The notes below the pieces were generated by a model. It searched no databases. It was not told where the DNA came from and saw only the letters and a program-made list of their open reading frames with translations. A DNA stretch of 64,000 nt from Vicinamibacterales bacterium. Its GTDB lineage: Bacteria; Acidobacteriota; Vicinamibacteria; Vicinamibacterales; UBA8438. Below are positions 57,810-64,000 of this stretch, one piece after another. The DNA lies in the NCBI GenBank assembly GCA_965207595.1, contig CBDBMW010000012.1, forward strand, positions 1,154,462 through 1,218,461, given 5' to 3'. Each line of letters starts with the position of its first letter. The stretch's first letter is position 1. Position numbers and translations under genes: made by a program.

Positions 57810-59191
57810 CCGTCGGTCATCAGCGAGAGCGGCTCGAGATCGACGCGGCCGTTGCTGTCGCCGAAGGACTCGGCGGGGACGCCGGCCTTGTCCAGGAGCC
57901 CCAGCAGCAGGTTGGCCATCGGCGTCAGCTCGGCGAACTCGATGTGGCGGCCGCCCCGGAGCTGCCCCGCGCCGCCCCCCACGAGGACCAGCGGCAGGTT
58001 CTTGTGGTCGTGGAGGTTGCCGTTGCTCATGCCGCTGCCGTGCAGCACCATCGAGTGATCCAGAAGGCTCCCCTCGCCGTCCGGCGTCGCGGCCAGCTTG
58101 TCGACGAAGTAGGCCAGCAGCTCGATGTGGTAGGTGTTGATCTTCGCGATCGAGGCCATCTTCTCCGGGTCGTCCTGGTGGTGGGAGACCGCGTGGTGGC
58201 CTTCGTTGACCCCGATCCGCGGGAAGGTGCGGGCGCTCTGCTCGCGCCCGAGCTGCAGGCTGAAGACGCGCGTGATGTCGGCCTGGTAGGTCAGCAGCAG
58301 CAGGTCGAAGAGCAGCCGGGCGTGCTCGTCGTAGGTTTCCGGAATCCCGACCGGCCGGTCGGGAAGCGTGAACGTCGACTCGCCCGCCTGCGCCTCGGCG
58401 CGCTGGATGCGCCGCTCGACCTCGCGGACGGAATCGACGTACTGGTCGACGCGGGCCCGGTCGCCGGCACCGAGGGAGCGGACCAGCCGCGACATGTCGT
58501 CGCTCACCGAGTCGAGGATGCTCCGGTCGCGCCGCATCGCCGCGCGTCGCTCGTCGACCGTCCCGCCGTCGCCGAACAGCCGCTCGAACACCGCGCGGGG
58601 GTTGTTCTCCATCGGCAGCGGCGTCGTGGGCGACGACCAGGACAGCGTGTTGACGTAGACGCAGTTGTAGCCGTTGTCGCAGTTCCCGACGAGGAAGCTG
58701 TTCTCGAGGGTGAGCTCGAGCGACGGCAGCCGGTTGTCGCGGCAGAGCTTCTCGGCCGCGATCTGGTCGACGGTGGTGGCCAGCCGGACGTCGGCGCCCT
58801 CCGTCATCTTGGGGCGCGCCGCGCTCAGCCAGCTCGCGTTGGAGCGCGTGTGCTCGGCGTTCCCGTCGGTGCCGTTCCCCTGCGCGTTGCGGTGCTCCAT
58901 GTTGGTGAGGACCAGCGTCTGGTCCTTCACCGGCGCGAGCCGCTGCAGGATGGGCGAGAGCTCCAGCGGGCCGCCCCCGCCCGGCGGCGTCCAGCGGTTG
59001 GCGCTCCCGTCCGCCCACGAGACCGACCCGTGCGGGAAGTAGATGAAGCCGAGCCGGCGGACCGGATTCGCGGCGGTCCGGGCCGCGGCCGAAAGCGCCG
59101 GCACCATCGCATCGAGCAGCGGCAGGGCCAGGGTGGCCCCCACGCCCCTGAGGAACGTCCGACGCGCCAGGTGCTTCTTGGTGATGATCAT
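57806..59191 (-). CDS. DUF1552 domain protein (TAT signal), module 2
   Basis: MIITKKHLARRTFLRGVGATLALPLLDAM. It is collinear with the 53594..54943 product. Confidence 0.95.
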   Translation of the reverse strand: MIITKKHLARRTFLRGVGATLALPLLDAMVPALSAAARTAANPVRRLGFIYFPHGSVSWADGSANRWTPPGGGGPLELSPILQRLAPVKDQTLVLTNMEHRNAQGNGTDGNAEHTRSNASWLSAARPKMTEGADVRLATTVDQIAAEKLCRDNRLPSLELTLENSFLVGNCDNGYNCVYVNTLSWSSPTTPLPMENNPRAVFERLFGDGGTVDERRAAMRRDRSILDSVSDDMSRLVRSLGAGDRARVDQYVDSVREVERRIQRAEAQAGESTFTLPDRPVGIPETYDEHARLLFDLLLLTYQADITRVFSLQLGREQSARTFPRIGVNEGHHAVSHHQDDPEKMASIAKINTYHIELLAYFVDKLAATPDGEGSLLDHSMVLHGSGMSNGNLHDHKNLPLVLVGGGAGQLRGGRHIEFAELTPMANLLLGLLDKAGVPAESFGDSNGRVDLEPLSLMTDG

Positions 59192-59233
59192 GAGTTGGGT
59201 CTCTCGTCTCTTCTAGCTTCTGGAGGGCGGGCC

Positions 59234-61693
59234 TCAGCGGGAAGCCACGACCGCCGCGGCCGGCCCGGCGCCGGACGCCGGCCGCCGCATCTGGAAGGGC
59301 GTGCTGTTCACGACGCCGAGAACGATGGACGAGAAGCGATAGTCCTGGCCGGCCGCCTCGCGCTCGATGGCGCGCACGGCGGGCGCATCGTAGTGCTCGA
59401 GGGCCCGGCCGAGGCCGTAGGTGAGGAGCTTCTCCGCCAGCGTCCGCACGAACTGGTCCGCACGGCTCACGAGGGCCTGCCGCAGCCCCGCGACCCCGTC
59501 GAACGTCGTCCCGTCCGGCAGCGACCCCGAGGCGTCGATGGGCGCGAAGCCGTCGGTCAGGGTGCGCCAGCGCCCGATGGCGTCGAAGTTCTCCAGGGAG
59601 AGCCCCACCGGGTCCATCAGCGCGTGGCAGGCCGCGCAGACCGGGTTGCGCCGGTGCTCGATCATCCGCTCGCGCATGGAGAGCACGGCGTCGGACTTCT
59701 CCTCGCTGAGCGGCGGCACGTTCGGCGGCGGCGGGGGCGGCGGCGTGCCCAGCAGGTTCTCCAGCACCCACTTGCCCCGGACCACCGGCGACGTGCGCGT
59801 GGCGTAGCCGGTCACGGCGAGGATGCTCCCCTGGCCGAGCAGGCCCCCGCGGGGGCTGTCGGGCGGCAACGCGACCCGCCGGAAGTGGCTGCCGTAGATG
59901 CCCGGCATGCCGTAGTGCTTCGCCAGCCGCTCGTTCACGAACGTGTAGTCCGCGGTCAGCAGATCGAGCGCGCTGCGGTCCTCGCGGACGATGCTCTCGA
60001 AGAAGAGCTCCGTCTCCCGTCGCAGGGCCCGCCGCAGGGTCTCGTCGAAGTCCGGGAAGACGATGAAGTCGGGCGAGACCGCGGTCAGGTTGCGCAGGTA
60101 GAGCCACTGCGCGGCGAAGTTCGTGACCAGCGACTCCGCACGCGGATCGGCGAGCATCCGCCGCACCTGGGACTCGAGCACCGCCGGGTCGCGCAGCGTG
60201 CCCGCCGCGGCCGCGTCGATGAGCGCGTCGTCGGGCAGGCTGCTCCACAGGAAGAAGGCGAGGCGCGAGGCGAGCTCCAGGTCGCTCACCAGGTAGGGGC
60301 GGCCGGTCTCGACACCCTCGGGGTCGCGCTCGACGCGGAGCAGGAACTCGGGGCTGATCAGCAGGCGCTGCAGCGCCATCTCGATGCCCGCGTCGAAATC
60401 GGCTCCGGAGCGTCCCTCCTCGAAGAAGCGGAGGAGCACCGCGACATCGGCATCCGTCACCGGCCGCCGATACGCGCGGCGCGCAAGGGTCGAGAGGATC
60501 TCGGCGGCGCAGGCGGCCTCCGCGTCCGGCGCCGCCCCGGCGGGCCGGCAGGTGAAGATGCGCCGCCGGCTCGGCGTGTCGCCGGGACCGGTGGCGTCGA
60601 ACGGCCCCGTGATCGTGACCGAGTAGACGTTGGGCTGCGTCCGCTGATCGCCGCCGACCGTGATGTGCACCTTGAGGAACGGCTGCCGGTGCCGCTCCAC
60701 CAGCCCGGGGTCGCGGTCCACGAAGGCGGCGCCGACGACGTGCGGGCCCGCCGTCACCGGGATGCGAACCGCGAGATCGGCATCCGCCGGCCGGTCTACC
60801 GTCTGGTACTCGAGCGCCGGCCCCGAGCCGCGCCGCGGCCGCGGCGCGACCGTCAGCACCTCGACCGGCTCTCCGTCGAGCGTGATCACGACGTCGTGGG
60901 GCCGGCGCAGGCCGCCCACCCGGTTGCTGTTCCAGCTCTTGCCCAGCTCGACGCGCAGCTCGTAGTGCGCGTCGACCGGGAACGTGTAGCGGACGGTGGT
61001 GCCGCCGCGCGTGCCGAACGGCAGACCTTCGACGTGCCCGGTCTGGTTGAGGTCGGACGGGACGATGAAGGTGTCGGCCACCGCCGAGCGCAGGGGCGCG
61101 CCGACGGCCAGCCGGCTGATCCTCCGGGCCGCGGTCAGGTAGCGCTCGAGCCGGCCGGGGTCGAGGCCGCCGAGACTGACGTTGTCGAAGCCGGCGCTCG
61201 AGTCGTCCGCCGGCAGCAGGGCCGCGACGTCGATCTCCAGGTCCAGCAGATCGCGGATCGCGTTCCGGTACTCGGTCGCGTTCAGGCGCCGCAGGGCGTC
61301 CGCGCGGCCGGGATCGGGATTGGCCGCGGCGGCCCGGTCGAGCTCGGTCTCGAGAAAGGCGGTCAGCCGGGCGTAGGTCTCGCGGTCGGGTCGAGGACGT
61401 CCGGCCGGCGGCATCATCCCCGCGCGCAGCTTGCCGACCACCTTCTCCCAGACCTCGGCGTGGTCCTCGACGCGCGCGGCGTCGACGCTGTCGAGGGTCA
61501 GCCCCGCGGTGCGCAGGTTGTCGTTGTGACAGGTGACGCAGTAGCGGTCGAGCAGGGCCTGCTCCGCCGCACCGGTCGCGGCCTGCGCTTCACCGGCGGC
61601 GACCGCTGCCGCAGGCTGCCCGGCCGCGACGGCGAGCGCCGGCACCGCGAGCACCAGCAGAACGGCGAGCGGCAGGCATCGGACGCTACTCAT
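59234..61693 (-). CDS. DUF1592-family multidomain protein with a CxxCH motif, module 2
   Basis: The start at 61693 (MSSVRCLPLAVLLVLAVPALAVAAG) gives a signal peptide. CVTCHN and CAACHA motifs are present. It is collinear with the 55006..57585 product. The listed 5' extension runs through non-coding tandem repeats. Confidence 0.9.
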   Translation of the reverse strand: MSSVRCLPLAVLLVLAVPALAVAAGQPAAAVAAGEAQAATGAAEQALLDRYCVTCHNDNLRTAGLTLDSVDAARVEDHAEVWEKVVGKLRAGMMPPAGRPRPDRETYARLTAFLETELDRAAAANPDPGRADALRRLNATEYRNAIRDLLDLEIDVAALLPADDSSAGFDNVSLGGLDPGRLERYLTAARRISRLAVGAPLRSAVADTFIVPSDLNQTGHVEGLPFGTRGGTTVRYTFPVDAHYELRVELGKSWNSNRVGGLRRPHDVVITLDGEPVEVLTVAPRPRRGSGPALEYQTVDRPADADLAVRIPVTAGPHVVGAAFVDRDPGLVERHRQPFLKVHITVGGDQRTQPNVYSVTITGPFDATGPGDTPSRRRIFTCRPAGAAPDAEAACAAEILSTLARRAYRRPVTDADVAVLLRFFEEGRSGADFDAGIEMALQRLLISPEFLLRVERDPEGVETGRPYLVSDLELASRLAFFLWSSLPDDALIDAAAAGTLRDPAVLESQVRRMLADPRAESLVTNFAAQWLYLRNLTAVSPDFIVFPDFDETLRRALRRETELFFESIVREDRSALDLLTADYTFVNERLAKHYGMPGIYGSHFRRVALPPDSPRGGLLGQGSILAVTGYATRTSPVVRGKWVLENLLGTPPPPPPPNVPPLSEEKSDAVLSMRERMIEHRRNPVCAACHALMDPVGLSLENFDAIGRWRTLTDGFAPIDASGSLPDGTTFDGVAGLRQALVSRADQFVRTLAEKLLTYGLGRALEHYDAPAVRAIEREAAGQDYRFSSIVLGVVNSTPFQMRRPASGAGPAAAVVASR

Positions 61694-61702
61694 CGGCGAA
61701 CT

Positions 61703-61893
61703 CCCCATCGACGACCGAAGCTGCCCGCGCGGGGCGCCGGCCGAGGCCATCACCTCCGACCGCCCCAGCATCGACGGCTGACGCTGCCCGCCGGGGTACC
61801 GGCCGGGGCCATCTGCGCCTCCGACCGCCCCAGCATCGACGGCCGACGCTGCCCGCTCGGGGCGCCGGCCCGGTCCATCTGCACCTCCGACCG
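61703..61893. repeat. Three imperfect tandem repeats of ~60-66 bp
   Basis: The copies lie at 61703-61762, 61763-61827 and 61828-61893. The consensus is CCCCAGCATCGACGGCYGACGCTGCCCGCYSGGGKMCCGGCCSGGKCCATCTGCRCCTCCGACCG. Unit lengths are not multiples of 3. Confidence 0.9.
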
Positions 61894-62068
61894 CCACCAC
61901 GGCAGCAGCCCGAGCCGCGTCGAGAACGGTGCTCCACGTGAACGCGTACGAGTGGGCGCGCGGACACCGACCCCAGATTGCGCAGTGTATCACCGGACGC
62001 CGGCCCGCCGGCCCACGACAGGAGCCGTCTCACGATAGGATCGGATCCGCGAGCGCCGGGCGGGTGGG

Positions 62069-62122
62069 GGAGTCGGCGCGGGTGCGAGACTCCTGCACCG
62101 CACGTTCCGCGGCGCAGACTGC
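62069..62122. repeat. REP-like motif copies (GGAGTCGGC...GAGACTCC, GCGCAGACTGCC)
   Basis: A hairpin GGAGTC-N13-GACTCC sits at 62069-62093, followed by a CCGCACGTTCCGCGGCGCAGACT block similar to 57781-57803. Confidence 0.5.
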
Positions 62123-62260
62123 CGGCTGGCGGAGGTGCTGATGCCTGTGACGACTCGAGCGCGGACTTCGAGGCAGCGCTGGTCCCGACGACTGCGCGAC
62201 CGACGGCTGGCGGCCCGGGCCCTCGCGGAGGGGCCATCGGGAAGGCGAGCCGGGCGGAAG

Positions 62261-63742
62261 ATGCTCGCGCTCGCGTCCGCCGTGCCCCTGGCCCTGACGC
62301 TGGCGACGGCCACCGCGAGCGTCGCGGCCGGCGCGGGTGCCGCCGGTGCGGGCCTCGATGCTCCGCTCGTCGATGCCGTCCGGCAGGGAGACGCGGCCGC
62401 CGTGCGCGCGGCGCTGGACGCGGGGGCCGAGGTCGACGCCCGGCAGCCGGACGGCGCGACGGCGCTCCACTGGGCCGCCCGCCTCGATCGAGTCGACCTG
62501 GCGCAGGTGCTGCTCGCGGCCGGGGGCGACCCGACCGCCGCCAACGCCTTCGACGTGACGCCGCTCTCGCTGGCCGCCGTCAACGGCAGCACCGAGATGA
62601 TCGCGGCGCTGCTCGCGGCGGGCGCGGACCCGAACGCGACGATGGCGGGCAGCGAGACGGTGCTCCTGACCGCGGCGCGCACCGGGCGCACGGGCGCCGT
62701 ACGCGCGCTCCTCGACCACGGCGCCGACGTGAACGCCGCGCAGGCGGCGGGGCAGACGGCGCTCATGTGGGCGGCGGCCGAAGGTCACGTGGAGACGATG
62801 CAGGCGCTCATCGACGCCGGGGCCGCCGTCGGGGCGCGCACCGTGGTCCCGGAGAACCCGCTGCGCACCGGGCTCGAGGGACCGGCCCCGCACGGGTTCA
62901 CGGCGCTCCTGTTCGCGGTCCGGGCCGGGCACATCGACGCCGCGCGGGCGCTCATCGAGGCCGGCGCCGACCCCGACGACCGGCTCCCGGACGGCATGAA
63001 CACCGTGACGCTCGCCGCCACCAACGCCCACTGGGAGCTGGGCGTCTCGCTCGTCGACCGGGGCGCCGACCCGAACGGCTCCGCGCAGGGCTGGGGGGCG
63101 CTGCACGCCATGACGTGGGTCCGAATGCCCAACTTCGGCTTCAACCCGCCGGGGCCGGTGACCACCGGGACGATGGACAGTCTCACCTTCGCCCGCGAGC
63201 TCGTCGCGCGGGGCGCCGACGTCGACCTCCGCATGACCGCGGAGCCGCGGAACGGCTACCGCAACGCGCTGAACCGCGTCGGCGCCACCCCGCTCCTCAT
63301 GGCGGCCCGCCTGGCCGACGCGCCGCTGATGCAGGTGCTGCTCGATCTGGGCGCCGACCCGACGATCCCCAACGAGGACGGGACCACCCTGCTGATGGTG
63401 GCCTCCGGGGTGGGCATCCACTCCCCCGGCGAGGATCCGGGAACCGAGGCCGAGGCGCGGGCCTGCGTGGAGCTGGCCCTGGCGCTGGGCGGCGACCCGA
63501 ACGCCGTCGACGACATCGGGGAGACGGCGCTCCACGGCGCGGCCTACCGCGGCGCCAACTCCATCGTGGAGCTGCTGGTCGCGCACGGCGCGGCCACCTT
63601 CGACCTGGAGAACGCCTCGGGCTGGACACCCCTCCGCATCGCGCAGGGCATCTTCCGGACCGCCACCTACAAGGAGGCCCCGCACACCGCGGCGCTCCTG
63701 GCGGAGCTGATGGACGCGCGCCGGGCGGAGTCCGAACCGTAA
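62261..63742 (+). CDS. Secreted ankyrin-repeat protein (module 2), paralog of the 52011..53576 product
   Basis: The signal peptide is MLALASAVPLALTLATATASVAAG. The repeat order is collinear with module 1, and the conserved C-terminus is ETALHGAAYRGANSIVELLVAHGA. Confidence 0.9.
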   Translation: MLALASAVPLALTLATATASVAAGAGAAGAGLDAPLVDAVRQGDAAAVRAALDAGAEVDARQPDGATALHWAARLDRVDLAQVLLAAGGDPTAANAFDVTPLSLAAVNGSTEMIAALLAAGADPNATMAGSETVLLTAARTGRTGAVRALLDHGADVNAAQAAGQTALMWAAAEGHVETMQALIDAGAAVGARTVVPENPLRTGLEGPAPHGFTALLFAVRAGHIDAARALIEAGADPDDRLPDGMNTVTLAATNAHWELGVSLVDRGADPNGSAQGWGALHAMTWVRMPNFGFNPPGPVTTGTMDSLTFARELVARGADVDLRMTAEPRNGYRNALNRVGATPLLMAARLADAPLMQVLLDLGADPTIPNEDGTTLLMVASGVGIHSPGEDPGTEAEARACVELALALGGDPNAVDDIGETALHGAAYRGANSIVELLVAHGAATFDLENASGWTPLRIAQGIFRTATYKEAPHTAALLAELMDARRAESEP

Positions 63743-63753
63743 CGCGCGCTCCG

Positions 63754-64000
63754 TCAGCCGGTCTCCCCGCGGTCGAACGCCCGCCCGGCTGCGCCCTCCT
63801 CGGCGTGAAGTCTGCCCAGCGCCGCGGGAAGGGTCCGGTCCGGCGTGACGGCAGCCGGCAGGGCGGCAACGGCGACGGCGGCGCCCTCCGCTCCGGCCGC
63901 CGTCCCGCGGCGCAACGCGAGCGTGAAGAGGTCGTGAACGGCGTCGTCGCCGAACCGGGCCGGCCGCTTCCCGGCCCCGGGTTCCGTCTCGTTATCGTCG
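63754..64000 (-). CDS. 3' end of an unidentified gene running off the window
   Basis: The frame is open from the window edge to the TGA at 63754-63756, with G/C-rich third codon positions (...DDAVHDLFTLALRRG...AFDRGETG*). No family was recognised. Confidence 0.3.
   Translation of the reverse strand, partial: DDNETEPGAGKRPARFGDDAVHDLFTLALRRGTAAGAEGAAVAVAALPAAVTPDRTLPAALGRLHAEEGAAGRAFDRGETG

Noticed and set aside
61703-61893. The tandem 65-bp repeats as a CRISPR array.
   Set aside because: The units abut directly with no unique spacers. They are imperfect and much longer than CRISPR repeats, and no cas genes are present.

Overview
This is a 64-kb, very GC-rich (roughly 70% by eye) bacterial chromosomal segment. 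The gene content (paired DUF1592/DUF1552 genes, many Sec/TAT-exported hydrolases, an ECF sigma factor, a Ser/Thr kinase) resembles Acidobacteriota-, Gemmatimonadota- or Planctomycetota-like bacteria, but taxonomy cannot be fixed from sequence alone. I support about 45 protein genes. I found no rRNA, no convincing tRNA, no CRISPR array, and no integrase or transposase. The centrepiece is a type 1 BREX phage-defence operon at 28.7-43.0 kb: an extra small gene, then brxA-brxB-brxC-pglX-pglZ-brxL. It sits on a visibly lower-GC island. Its brxC gene is split exactly at a (CT)5 dinucleotide repeat, and loss of one CT unit would restore the frame, so it may be a phase-variable OFF state. The small gene upstream of brxA also looks frameshifted. 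The left 28 kb is an accessory-looking mix. It holds toxin-antitoxin modules (parDE, vapBC, a mazE with only a mazF stub, an orphan RHH antitoxin, a Fic protein), PD-(D/E)xK and AAA-type orphan genes, a Ser/Thr kinase, an ECF sigma factor and exported hydrolases. The right end (52-63.7 kb) carries two paralogous copies of a three-gene exported module of unknown function (DUF1592 heme-motif protein, TAT-signal DUF1552 protein, secreted ankyrin-repeat protein). One copy is preceded by three ~65-bp tandem repeats. A GGAGTCYGC...GCRGACTCC palindromic element recurs in intergenic regions. Other oddities are a G11 tract in a divergent promoter, a 1-nt frameshift in a membrane-anchored propeller gene, and two exported-enzyme genes with no stop codon between them. 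These four frame anomalies could be biology or assembly error and need read-level checking. All start codons are my best reading of the six-frame track. Many long ORFs in the track are antisense shadows typical of high-GC DNA and are not reported as genes.
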